The notes below the pieces were generated by a model, which was not told the origin of the DNA, ran no database searches, and saw nothing but the letters and a program-made list of their open reading frames with translations. A stretch of DNA of 64,000 nucleotides, taken from NCBI GenBank assembly GCA_964462015.1, contig CAYWXI010000018.1:25716-89715 (forward strand), written 5' to 3'. Shown piece after piece: positions 1 to 9,552 of this stretch. The stretch is from an uncultured Bacteroidales bacterium (lineage in GTDB: Bacteria > Bacteroidota > Bacteroidia > Bacteroidales > JAEINX01). Position numbers and translations under genes: made by a program. The stretch's first letter is position 1, and every line of letters starts with the position of its first letter.

Positions 1-2184
1 ATTAAGGTTTATTTCAAAGTAAACCTCCGAAGAATTTGCATTTATTTTTACGGGAGCAGATTCTCCCCATAAATTATTACCTGCAAAATCAATTAAATTC
101 AGTTGCATTTTACAATTCTCCGGTTCTAATTTATCTGAGATTATATAAACTTTTAACATTTCATTTTCGATAGTTGGAGATATAAGAATTTCGTTATAAG
201 CTTTTTTTACAAAATAATGCAAAGCTTTCCATCTTCCGAAATAATCGATCCCCGACCATGAAACTACCGGCCAACAATCGTTCAACTGCCAATAAAGTGT
301 ACCCATACATCGTGGCATTGCTCGCCGGTGGGCTTCAATTGCCTTTTTTATTCCGTAAGCCTGAAGAAGCTGACTAACATAAATATACGATTCGAAATCA
401 AAGGGTGGATTATATTCACGTTCCATATAAAGCCGGATCAACTCATGACCACGAGGGTGTTTTTGATGTGTTTTCATGACATCCGATTTAAGATTGCGAT
501 CACCGGCATCAGTAAATGATTCGATAGTTTTTAGGTCAGGATAAGATTGAAATCCGTATTCACTCATAAATCTCCCTACCTTTTCTTCATAAGTTTCAAA
601 AGCTTGCTCGCCCCACCAGACTCCCCAATAATGTACGTCCCCATCTTCATAACTTGCTGAGTGATCCCGGCCTGTTCCCGGAGACGAAGGCCAATAAAAA
701 CGTGATGGATCGAATTTTTCAACTGTTTGGGGAAGAACATTATGAAATAGTTTTTTATAATTCTCCCAAATTTCTGTTGAATCCTGAAATGTATATCCAA
801 GAGCTTTTTGCCAACCCCAATTAAACCATGCTCCTTCCACCTCATTATTTCCACACCAAATTGCAATACATGGATGATTTCTCAGACGCTTTATATTATC
901 ACGAGCTTCATTTTTTACTGATTCCAAAAAATTACTATCGCCGGGATACATATTGCAGGCGAACATAAAATCCTGCCAAACCAAAATCCCATTCTCATCA
1001 CAATAATCATAAAAAATTTCATCTTCATAAATTCCTCCACCCCAAACCCGTAACATATTCATATTTGCATTAACAGCTGAATTTATTAACCAGTCGTATT
1101 GATCGGGCATTACTCTTGTAAGAAAATTATCCTGTGGAATATAATTTGCACCTTTCATAAACACCGGGTAACCATTTAGTTTCACATAAAAACTTCTACC
1201 AATACTATCCCTTTTCCTAATCAGTTCCAACTGCCTGATTCCTATTCTAAGATTTTTTTCATCAAATATCTCATCATTAATTTCTGCTTTGGCCAAAAGT
1301 TGGTATAAATGAGCTTCGCCTAATCCGTTTGTCCACCATAGCTCAGGATCATTAATTGAAAAATCAACGTGAATTTCATTTTTTCCTTTAAAAAGTTTTT
1401 CTGTTTGTGAAAAATAATTTTCTGAATCATCGACATTATCGATTGAAAGTTCAACTTCCTGTTCTGTTATTGATTCAATCTCAAAGACTGCCTCTAAATT
1501 TGCAACTTCCTTTGTTACTTTCTTTTGAATAATCTGAATATTAGATATTTTCAAATTATCCCATGACTGAATATAAACCGGTTTCCAAATTCCAAAAGTT
1601 ACAAAGCGCGGGCCCCAATCCCAACCGTATTGATAAGGAGCTTTACGTGAATAAGCCCTTTGGTCGGGAAGGTTGAAATTATATTCGGATGATTTTATAG
1701 AATCGATTATAACCGGAGAATAAAACTTTAGTAAAAGAGAATTTTTCCCGTCTATAAGATAATCCTTGCAATCGAGCTGCCACTCTCTGAACATATTATC
1801 GGCTTGCAGAATTAGAGTACTATTCAGAAAAACATCGGCATAAGTATCAATTCCTTCAAATATCAATTCAATGTTTTCCATTTTCAAAATTGAAGAATCA
1901 ACAAAAAATGTACATTTATACTCCCAGTTTTCAGTTTCTATCCATTGCAAATTCTTTTCATTTGAACCATAAAACGGATCTTCAATAATTTCATTTGATA
2001 ATAAATCGGTGTGGACTGTTCCCGGAACCTCAGCATCAAGCCAAGCGGTTTCACCTGCTTTATGAAATTTCCAGTTTGTATTTAGAACGATTTTCCCATC
2101 CCTTGTTTCATCCTCTTTTTGGCAGGAAATGAAAAAAAATATTGAAAAAAATATTATTGAAAAAAAATTGAATTTACGTTTCAT
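1..2184 (-). CDS. Glycoside hydrolase family 2, beta-mannosidase-like lipoprotein (3' end runs off the window; absent from the supplied ORF track)
   Basis: My own translation from the ATG at 2184-2182 stays open for 728 codons down to position 1. It has a lipoprotein-type signal (MKRKFNFFSIIFFSIFFFISCQ). The motifs AIWCGNNEVEGAW (acid/base NE) and RFMSEYGFQSYP (nucleophile E) are typical of GH2 beta-mannosidases. Track ORFs 328-519 and 576-866 lie in other frames. Confidence 0.8.
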   Translation of the reverse strand, partial: MKRKFNFFSIIFFSIFFFISCQKEDETRDGKIVLNTNWKFHKAGETAWLDAEVPGTVHTDLLSNEIIEDPFYGSNEKNLQWIETENWEYKCTFFVDSSILKMENIELIFEGIDTYADVFLNSTLILQADNMFREWQLDCKDYLIDGKNSLLLKFYSPVIIDSIKSSEYNFNLPDQRAYSRKAPYQYGWDWGPRFVTFGIWKPVYIQSWDNLKISNIQIIQKKVTKEVANLEAVFEIESITEQEVELSIDNVDDSENYFSQTEKLFKGKNEIHVDFSINDPELWWTNGLGEAHLYQLLAKAEINDEIFDEKNLRIGIRQLELIRKRDSIGRSFYVKLNGYPVFMKGANYIPQDNFLTRVMPDQYDWLINSAVNANMNMLRVWGGGIYEDEIFYDYCDENGILVWQDFMFACNMYPGDSNFLESVKNEARDNIKRLRNHPCIAIWCGNNEVEGAWFNWGWQKALGYTFQDSTEIWENYKKLFHNVLPQTVEKFDPSRFYWPSSPGTGRDHSASYEDGDVHYWGVWWGEQAFETYEEKVGRFMSEYGFQSYPDLKTIESFTDAGDRNLKSDVMKTHQKHPRGHELIRLYMEREYNPPFDFESYIYVSQLLQAYGIKKAIEAHRRAMPRCMGTLYWQLNDCWPVVSWSGIDYFGRWKALHYFVKKAYNEILISPTIENEMLKVYIISDKLEPENCKMQLNLIDFAGNNLWGESAPVKINANSSEVYFEINLN

Positions 2185-2240
2185 TTGTTTATGCTTTTTT
2201 AGCTGGTTTATAATTTATTATTCGAATTTATAGAAAAACT

Positions 2241-2300
2241 GGCAATTAGAAATTAGAAATTGGGGGCTATTCCTAATTTCAAGTTTCTAATTTCAAATTT
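2241..2300. repeat. Hairpin repeat, GAAATTAGAAATTG word family, copy A (empty loop)
   Basis: The left arm ggcaattagaaattagaaattggggg and right arm cctaatttcaagtttctaatttcaaattt form an imperfect inverted repeat. It sits directly after the stop of the minus-strand ferredoxin gene, so a terminator role is possible. Confidence 0.75.
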
Positions 2301-3862
2301 CAAAATGGAAACTCCTCTTTAAAGTCGATTTTTTTGCCAGAGGATTTATGTTTTGTTTTTTCAATTTTTAAATGCAATTTATTTCCATCCACAAAAATAG
2401 CTTTATAAGGCTTTGTCGGGCAGGCATATTCGCATGCACCACAACCAATACACATTTCATTATCTACTTCCGGTATCCTAAGATTATTTTCATAGGGTAT
2501 CATATCAACTGCTTTAGTCGGACAATGTTCCGAGCAAGCTCCACAATCGGTATTTTCGGTATAAACTATGCAATTTTCTTTAATGAAATGCGCAATTCCG
2601 ATTTGTGTAAGTTTTTTATCTTCAAGTTTTAGTGGCAGAATTGCTCCGCTTGGGCAAATTTCGGTACACTTAACACACTCGAAATTACAAAAACTCGTAT
2701 GAAAATCCATTTTGGGTTGCATGATACCTTTCAGTCCATATTCAAAAAATGATGGTTGCAAAACTTGTGTTGGGCAATTACTTATGCAAAGTTGACAAGC
2801 AACACAAAATTCAGTAAAATGATTAAAGCTTTTAGACCCTGGCGGACAGACAGGAGTAGTTTTTTCCTCAGCGATTTCGGTAAGTTTTTCAGGTGAAATA
2901 TCTGATTTTGCTCTTAAAATAAATGGTAATCCTAATAACCCAATTGTTGCACCGGAAATAATTTTTCTTCTCGAATTATCCAATAAATCTTTCTTGTTTT
3001 TTTCACTTTCTTTTCGTGACAAATTATAGCTAATTCCATTCAAACCACAGGCTGAAAAACAATCGAAGCAATTTATGCATCGCGAGAAATCAATTGATTT
3101 ATTTTTTGTGTCGATACATCCGGCCTTACAAACAATTTCACATTTCCTGCATGAAATACATAAATGATCGTCAATTTTAATTTTGAAAATTGAATATTTT
3201 GAAATAAAACCCATCAATGCTCCAACCGGACAAATTGTATTACAAAAAATCCTTCCTCTTGTTGAAGCGAGAAAGATTATTATTCCTAAGAAAAATGCTG
3301 AAAAAATTATTGTTAAAAGATCACTATCCTTAATTTCTACAGTAAAGAAATAATAATTGTTATAACTTTCGAAAATATTAGCAAGCAGATTATTTGCTTC
3401 ATAATAAACCGGCCTAAACAGAGCAGAAACTATACGACCAAAATTACTGAAAGGATCTAATAAATTTATTAATAACATACTGCCAAACATAGCAATTGCT
3501 ACCGAAACAATTAAAATAGAATATCTCAGAAAATTTCGGGCTTTTAGAAAAGAAAATTTCCTTTTTCTGATCTTATTTGAAAAATAAATAATTACATCCT
3601 GAAGTATTCCTAAAGGACAAATTGTTGAACAATAGACCCTCCCGAATAAAACAATAGTTATAATAATTATAAAAAATCCGGTAGTGGCAATACTTACATT
3701 TGTTAAAAAATTTACGACCGAAGGAAGAAATTGTAAATAAAAAAAACCACTAATAAATTCCGTGGAAAAAAAATTACTAAAATCTAAAAACAAAAAAGTT
3801 GAAACAGAAAGAAACAATAAGGATACAATTATCCTAAGAGTTCTCAAATACCGTAATTTCAT
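2300..3862 (-). CDS. Membrane-bound polyferredoxin (NapH/MauN-like N-terminal half plus several 4Fe-4S ferredoxin domains)
   Basis: The N-terminus has several hydrophobic helices and two CxxxCP motifs (CSTICPLG, CNTICPVG). There are repeated CxxCxxCxxxCP clusters (CISCRKCEIVC, CVACQLCISNCP, CVKCTEICP, CGACSEHCP, CIGCGACEYACP). Confidence 0.8.
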   Translation of the reverse strand: MKLRYLRTLRIIVSLLFLSVSTFLFLDFSNFFSTEFISGFFYLQFLPSVVNFLTNVSIATTGFFIIIITIVLFGRVYCSTICPLGILQDVIIYFSNKIRKRKFSFLKARNFLRYSILIVSVAIAMFGSMLLINLLDPFSNFGRIVSALFRPVYYEANNLLANIFESYNNYYFFTVEIKDSDLLTIIFSAFFLGIIIFLASTRGRIFCNTICPVGALMGFISKYSIFKIKIDDHLCISCRKCEIVCKAGCIDTKNKSIDFSRCINCFDCFSACGLNGISYNLSRKESEKNKKDLLDNSRRKIISGATIGLLGLPFILRAKSDISPEKLTEIAEEKTTPVCPPGSKSFNHFTEFCVACQLCISNCPTQVLQPSFFEYGLKGIMQPKMDFHTSFCNFECVKCTEICPSGAILPLKLEDKKLTQIGIAHFIKENCIVYTENTDCGACSEHCPTKAVDMIPYENNLRIPEVDNEMCIGCGACEYACPTKPYKAIFVDGNKLHLKIEKTKHKSSGKKIDFKEEFPF

Positions 3863-3867
3863 TCGGA

Positions 3868-4791
3868 TTATATAATTATCCTATTTATTGAAAGTTCCTT
3901 AAGGTTACGGTTTCCTATTCCCATTTCATCAGCAATAACAATATAATTTATTTCATCGGGATCGAGATCGAATATTTTGGTTGCAGCGGCATCTATTGCA
4001 ACAATATCCTTTGAAATAAGTTGCTGTTTCATCGAAACAACATCATCGACCGAAACACCACGCGGACCGTTTTCCATCATAACATTATATGCATCAACAA
4101 TATTAAGATCGGGTTTGCAAACCGTAGCGCAATCAGCAATGCATTGATGCAAATCATTTCGATGCCAATACATTCTGTCCCAAACAATACCCATCAGATT
4201 TTTCATAGCAATAGTAAGTCTTGCCGACGAATGACTTTTTAAAACAGGAACATTAATAAAAACATCGGAATCAAGAATCAATTCATGAACTTTTGTGCTT
4301 TTTAGCTTTTTCCCTTCCGGGATTTCAACTTCGCGATAATATTTTTCGGCATTACCGGGGACTATTTTACCTCCTGCCTCATTAACTGCTTTTTCTATTC
4401 CACTGCTTTGATAGGCTTTTGTCCATTCATCGCAGGTGTTATCAAAAACAAAAACATCTTTTGCACCGGCATCAAAGCAATGCTCAATTATTCTTTTAAT
4501 AAGTTTAGGATTAGTATTTGCAGCTCTTTCGGGAACGGCATCCCAACCAATATTTGGTTTTACAACAACGCTTTGACCTGGTTTAACAAATTCTTTCATA
4601 CCTCCAAGTGATTCAATTGCCCTATCGAACATAAAATCGGGTTCTCCGCCTTTAATAGCAACCATATCATAAGGCCCATCGGGATTTGTCACCGGCGACC
4701 CAAATACTTTGCTATAATTTCCAAGCGACATTGTTGTGCCGGCAATAACTCCGGCGTTTATTCCTTTTTTTAAAAAATCTCTACGTTTCAT
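3868..4791 (-). CDS. DUF362-family protein with a twin-arginine (Tat) signal
   Basis: The N-terminus MKRRDFLKKGINAGVIAG is a Tat motif. The overall pattern matches DUF362 proteins (VVKPN...HSSARLT...NLMG). Only 5 nt separate it from the downstream polyferredoxin gene, so the two are probably one operon. Confidence 0.7.
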   Translation of the reverse strand: MKRRDFLKKGINAGVIAGTTMSLGNYSKVFGSPVTNPDGPYDMVAIKGGEPDFMFDRAIESLGGMKEFVKPGQSVVVKPNIGWDAVPERAANTNPKLIKRIIEHCFDAGAKDVFVFDNTCDEWTKAYQSSGIEKAVNEAGGKIVPGNAEKYYREVEIPEGKKLKSTKVHELILDSDVFINVPVLKSHSSARLTIAMKNLMGIVWDRMYWHRNDLHQCIADCATVCKPDLNIVDAYNVMMENGPRGVSVDDVVSMKQQLISKDIVAIDAAATKIFDLDPDEINYIVIADEMGIGNRNLKELSINRIII

Positions 4792-4991
4792 ATTTTCAAA
4801 TTTTTTCGGAATAAAAGTACAAAAAAATTTATTATACGGATTTAATTATTTTTTGAAGGACATTTTGGAATAATGAAAGGAAATATATTTCAGTTGAAAT
4901 TATAATAGTCCGATCTTTAGAGCGCTAAAGCAATATTTGAAGAATAATTTACTAAATTGAGATATTATTAAATGTGAGTGATTTTTACTTA

Positions 4992-5591
4992 TTATCTTAA
5001 ATCTAAAAAATAATTTTTCAATATCTTATTTCTTATAATGCTGATTATTAGTCGCTCCATTGATCTATTTAGGGGAATTTCATATTTTTCCTTTGTAGGA
5101 CATATTTTAATATGAAAATGAAAAAAATTAATGATAGTTGGCTTATGCTCAACTTTTAGAGAAATTTCAACATTATTTAAAATGCTAAATTTATTATTAA
5201 TATTATATACAAGTGGCTCACTATAGTTGTTGAAATCAAGAATTTTTAAATAAAAGTAGCCTCTTGTTCTTATAATGTCAAAATCAATATCTTTAGTACT
5301 TAATATTTCATTACTATCTACATTCCAGTATTTTTCAGAGCAATTAGGTTTATTTACTTTTATATAAATATCTTCTGTTTTAGATGATAGGGGATGATTT
5401 GGTGAGCATTTAATAAAATTGGTTGAAAATTTCCAAAAATGAATAGATGGTACATTTGATATATTAAGGTGACCATCTTCATCTAACATGTCTGCTTTTG
5501 AGTTTGTATAACGTATCAAATAACATTTATCACAATATTCAAATAAATTTGCTTTTCTCTTTGAAGGTAATAAATGTTCAGGATATAACAT
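4992..5591 (-). CDS. Hypothetical protein, ORFan operon gene 3 (no recognisable domain)
   Basis: Long ORF in very A+T-rich DNA. The track start at 5648 would overlap gene 2 by 53 nt. The internal ATG at 5591 (MLYPEHLL...) leaves a 4-nt gap, so I prefer it. Confidence 0.5.
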   Translation of the reverse strand: MLYPEHLLPSKRKANLFEYCDKCYLIRYTNSKADMLDEDGHLNISNVPSIHFWKFSTNFIKCSPNHPLSSKTEDIYIKVNKPNCSEKYWNVDSNEILSTKDIDFDIIRTRGYFYLKILDFNNYSEPLVYNINNKFSILNNVEISLKVEHKPTIINFFHFHIKICPTKEKYEIPLNRSMERLIISIIRNKILKNYFLDLR

Positions 5592-5595
5592 GATA

Positions 5596-6171
5596 TTAAC
5601 AACAAGTAGATAACTCGTGTTGTGGGGAATTAGTATAATCAAAATCAATACTTTTATATTGATATTGGTTGATTAATTCTTCAATTTCTTCAAATATATT
5701 TTCAACTTCACCTATATTTCTTGCCAAAAGTTTATTATCATGATATATAGAAAACGCTACTTCAAATAAATCAGAATCAAAAAATATTTCTTTAGATTCT
5801 TGAACCTGAAAAAATAAACTAGGAGAATCAGTTAAAGCAACTTTAATCTTATTAATTTTAATAAAATAAAATTTATCAGAAATTAAATAAAATGCTCTAT
5901 CTGAATTATTCTCATATCCTTTTATATGATCAGAATATTTAACTTTTTGTTCTTTATAACTTTCCAATAAAAGAGCAAGTAAAAAGTTATTGGTTATAAC
6001 AAACTCGTTAATAAAATCTTTTGTTGCTTTTTTCTTTTTTATTTCATTATTAAAGTTCGTTTTCTTCTGGATATTAATTATTTCATCTATTATATTAGCG
6101 AGTATAGGTTCCTGACTACCGCTAATTGGTGATTGAATTTCGTGACCAGTAAATGTATCTCCATATTCCAT
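5596..6171 (-). CDS. Hypothetical protein, ORFan operon gene 2 (no recognisable domain)
   Basis: 191-aa ORF, 8 nt downstream of gene 1. It has no signal peptide or TM segment and no catalytic motif that I can identify. Confidence 0.55.
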   Translation of the reverse strand: MEYGDTFTGHEIQSPISGSQEPILANIIDEIINIQKKTNFNNEIKKKKATKDFINEFVITNNFLLALLLESYKEQKVKYSDHIKGYENNSDRAFYLISDKFYFIKINKIKVALTDSPSLFFQVQESKEIFFDSDLFEVAFSIYHDNKLLARNIGEVENIFEEIEELINQYQYKSIDFDYTNSPQHELSTCC

Positions 6172-6179
6172 AAGTACAA

Positions 6180-6758
6180 TTAATTTTTTATAAGTTCTTT
6201 TATAAAATTATGAAAAATTTCAGTATTTTTTTCCCATTCAGTAATAAAATTCATTTCAATTTCATCAAATGTTTTATTAATTTCATAATGAAAGTTAAAA
6301 CGTAACTTCATATTATTTTTGTCACGGTTAACATCAATATTACAAATATTATCATCACAAGTTAATGCATATTTAATGGAATTAATTTTTGAGTTATTGA
6401 TTTTAGATATATTATTAACGATTTTGTCGAATTCAAATTCACTAACGATAACATCAAAATTAATACCAATAGCCTTACATTTAATATGTGGTAAACCTTT
6501 AATATATTTTAAGCCTACTTCAAAAGGAAATTTATCATATTTGCTTTCAATTTTTAACCTATCTAAACTTAATTCAAATTGTGTTCCGTTTTTAAAAGAA
6601 AATTGCGAAAAAGGAGGAGTTATTATTAATGAATTCTGATTAATATCATCAAATGACTCTATTATATCAACTTTTTGCAAAAATCCTTCTGATAATAATG
6701 TTGGATTATGTGTTTGTGCAATAATTACTAAAGAATTATTTTTGACTTTTAATTTCAC
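6180..6758 (-). CDS. Hypothetical protein, ORFan operon gene 1 (no recognisable domain)
   Basis: 192-aa ORF. A candidate Bacteroidota -7 box, TAGTTTTG, lies on the minus strand at 6814-6821, upstream of the gene. Confidence 0.55.
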   Translation of the reverse strand: MKLKVKNNSLVIIAQTHNPTLLSEGFLQKVDIIESFDDINQNSLIITPPFSQFSFKNGTQFELSLDRLKIESKYDKFPFEVGLKYIKGLPHIKCKAIGINFDVIVSEFEFDKIVNNISKINNSKINSIKYALTCDDNICNIDVNRDKNNMKLRFNFHYEINKTFDEIEMNFITEWEKNTEIFHNFIKELIKN

Positions 6759-6991
6759 AGTATTTTCTTTTATGACCGCATGTTGAATTAATATATTGGT
6801 CTATTATGTTGAGCAAAACTAATATAAATTTAATAAAAATTAAATAATTTTTAACAAAAATTAATAATTAAATTTAATAAGTAAAATTATAATTACTGTA
6901 TGTTAAAAAAACAACCATCAAGTATTTTCCTTTACAATACACTCATACCTCTCAAAAACGTGATGAATATTTATTATGCATAATTTCTTCT

Positions 6992-7255
6992 TTATTCATT
7001 TTCGATTACCTCCTTCAGTTTCTGCATATCAGCTTCAATATCACCAGAAAGATGATGTAATGATTCGGGCATTAGTTTCTGCATTTTTTCTAAAGCCTGT
7101 TTTGCTTTTTCTTTATCATTATTTTCAAGTAAGTCTAAAGCTTCATCAAATTTCCATTCTTTTCCAAGTTGTTTGGCCCGATCAATAATTGTAGTAGTTT
7201 GGCCAATAATAATATTTGAAATTGGAACTAATAGAATAATTAATATTTTTCTCAT
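6992..7255 (-). CDS. Small hypothetical secreted or helical protein (87 aa)
   Basis: Hydrophobic N-terminus (MRKILIILLVPISNIIIG) followed by a charged helical region. I prefer it to the overlapping + strand ORF 6976-7188, which has no comparable features. Confidence 0.4.
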   Translation of the reverse strand: MRKILIILLVPISNIIIGQTTTIIDRAKQLGKEWKFDEALDLLENNDKEKAKQALEKMQKLMPESLHHLSGDIEADMQKLKEVIENE

Positions 7256-7378
7256 TATTCTTTATAATTTAGTTTTTAACACATAATACTTAGTCCCAAA
7301 AGTAGAAACAATTGATTCGATTTCAGGTATTTTTATGAAAGAGTAACAAATATATCCTTCTCAATAATAGTTTTTCTA

Positions 7379-7680
7379 TTCGTACGACTCTTCATACCAT
7401 TTGGATTAACTTCCTTTTTGTTCGTACAGTCAATCATATCGTTAGTATTAATTTCCCTTTTGTTCGTACAGCCAATCCAATCTTTGGTATTAAGTTTCGC
7501 TTTGTTCGTACTGCCAACCCAATCGTTGACATTAAGTTTCGTTTTGTTCGTACAGCCAACCCAACCGTTGACATTTAGTTTCGCTTTATTCGTATAGTTA
7601 ACCCAACCGTTGGCATTAAGTTTCGTTTTGTTCGTACTTCCAATCCAATCGTTGATATTAAGTTTCGTTTTGTTCGTTCT
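7379..7680. repeat. Tandem repeat, 42-bp period, about 7 copies (consensus ttcgtacagccaacccaatcgttgacattaagtttcgttttg)
   Basis: The ttcgta anchor recurs at 7379, 7421, 7463, 7505, 7547, 7589, 7631 and 7673, exactly 42 bp apart. The units are roughly 80-90 percent alike by eye, and the two edge copies are degenerate. Confidence 0.9.
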
Positions 7681-7854
7681 TTCAATTATACCTCTCGTAT
7701 ATATAATATTTTAATTGTGTAATCACCTTACATTATGTTGCTAAAGAAATAACAAAAGTGCTTTATAGGAAATTTTCCTTCAGAAATGATTCACCTATAC
7801 TGAAGTCTTTCAGTATTATCCTTAAATTAAAATGTAAAACTCAAATCTTCCCTA

Positions 7855-9495
7855 CTACGAAAGATATTTTGCAACTATCGGCATTCTTCTGCCAATTCCA
7901 AATGCTTTGGGTGAAATTCTTAATATTGGCGGAGTTTGATATCTTTTATACTCATTAGTGTTAACCAATTTCAATACTCTTTTTACAAAACCGGCGTCAA
8001 ATCCCATTTTTATTAAATCCTGTGGCCCTTTTCGCTTTTCGATGTATTCGTATAAAATTTCATCCAGAATATCATAATCCGGTAACGAATCCGAATCTTT
8101 TTGATTAGGCCGTAATTCAGCCGAAGGAGGTTTAGTTATAGTATTTTGGGGTATGATTTCTTTATCTTTATTAATATAATGTGCAAGTCGGAAAACATCC
8201 GTTTTATAAACATCACCAATAACTGAAAGCCCTCCGCACATATCGCCGTAAAGGGTTCCATAACCAACGGCTGCTTCACTTTTGTTGGAAGTATTAAGTA
8301 AAATATAGCCGAATTTATTCGATAACGCCATTAAAAGCATTGCTCTCGCTCGTGCCTGCAAATTTTCTTCGGCTATATTAAAAGGTAAATCTTTAAAAAA
8401 GGGTTTTAAAACTTGCTCATAACTTTGATATATTTCTTCAATACTTATTATATCATGAGGTGAGTTACAATTTTCAGCAAGAAGTTTAGCATCTGAAACC
8501 GAATGATCGGACGAAAATTTTGATGGCATTAAAATTCCTCTGACATTTTCCCCACCGAGTGCTCTTGCTGCAATAACATGGCTAACAGCTGAATCAATTC
8601 CTCCCGAAAGTCCGAGTATTGCTTTCTTAAATCCGAGTTTTTCAAAATAATTTCTAACACCCATCACCAAAGCATCATGTATTAAGGCGATTTTTTCTTT
8701 ACCTGAATGCAGGTCGGAGTTTATTTTTTTTGATTTTATTTCATTAAGATCAAATACTTTAAAATCTTCCTCGAAATATTTCAATTCATCAACAACCTCA
8801 GCATTTTGATTTATAACTAATGAACCCCCATCGAATAATAATTCGGTTTGTGCTCCCACATGATTAACATAAAACAATGGAATTTTATATTTTTCAACAT
8901 TTTGTAAAAGAATTTTTTTCCTTTTTTTTGCCTGATTATAATCGAATGGTGAAGCTGCAATATTTATCATCAAATCGGGATTTTGTTTTGCAATTTCATC
9001 CATCGGATTTATAATATAAAGAGGATCATTACCTATGTTCCACAGGTCTTCACAAATTGTCAATGCAATTTTATGGCCTTGAAATTTTATGGTTTTAAAA
9101 ACCGTATTTGGTTCAAAATACCTGTATTCATCGAAAATATCGTAGTTAGGCAACAGGGTTTTATGAACTACATCCTGTATCTTTCCGTTAGCCAGAAAAT
9201 ATGCAGAATTAAACAAAGGTTTGCCTTTATATTCCGGATTTCTTGTTGGACAGCCAATAATGGCAGCAATACCAACACATTCCTCAGCAATTGATTCTAT
9301 GGCAGAATTGCACTTTTCAAGAAAATCATTAAACTCAAGAAAATCACGTGGAGGATATCCTGAGACTGCAAGCTCTGAAAAAACTATAAGATCAACTTTG
9401 TATTGCTTTGCTTTTTCAATAGCATTTTTAATCTTAATAATATTGTTAGAAAAATTTCCGACATGAAAGTTAATTTGTGCTAATGCTATTTTCAT
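7855..9495 (-). CDS. nadE: Glutamine-dependent NAD+ synthetase
   Basis: 546 aa. It has an N-terminal CN-hydrolase (nitrilase-like) domain and a C-terminal NAD synthetase domain with the SGGIDS PP-loop motif. Confidence 0.95.
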   Translation of the reverse strand: MKIALAQINFHVGNFSNNIIKIKNAIEKAKQYKVDLIVFSELAVSGYPPRDFLEFNDFLEKCNSAIESIAEECVGIAAIIGCPTRNPEYKGKPLFNSAYFLANGKIQDVVHKTLLPNYDIFDEYRYFEPNTVFKTIKFQGHKIALTICEDLWNIGNDPLYIINPMDEIAKQNPDLMINIAASPFDYNQAKKRKKILLQNVEKYKIPLFYVNHVGAQTELLFDGGSLVINQNAEVVDELKYFEEDFKVFDLNEIKSKKINSDLHSGKEKIALIHDALVMGVRNYFEKLGFKKAILGLSGGIDSAVSHVIAARALGGENVRGILMPSKFSSDHSVSDAKLLAENCNSPHDIISIEEIYQSYEQVLKPFFKDLPFNIAEENLQARARAMLLMALSNKFGYILLNTSNKSEAAVGYGTLYGDMCGGLSVIGDVYKTDVFRLAHYINKDKEIIPQNTITKPPSAELRPNQKDSDSLPDYDILDEILYEYIEKRKGPQDLIKMGFDAGFVKRVLKLVNTNEYKRYQTPPILRISPKAFGIGRRMPIVAKYLS

Positions 9496-9552
9496 CTGTT
9501 AATATTTCTATAGTTAACACTTTTATAATTGGTTACATTTCTATGAAAAAGA

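Noticed and set aside
328-866. Track ORFs 328-519 (+) and 576-866 (-)
   Set aside because: Both fall inside the GH2 beta-mannosidase reading frame (1-2184, minus strand) but in other frames. The GH2 frame has clear catalytic motifs across this interval.
5592-5648. Upstream start (5648) for the third ORFan gene, overlapping gene 2 by 53 nt
   Set aside because: The extension encodes an implausible hydrophobic stretch (MILIILIPHNTSYLLVVNI). The ATG at 5591 gives a 4-nt gap consistent with the 8-nt gap upstream. I cannot exclude the longer form.
7379-7680. Possible CRISPR array (regularly spaced repeats)
   Set aside because: The whole 42-bp unit is repeated with no unique spacers between conserved repeats. 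The copies are degenerate, and no cas genes or leader are present in the window.
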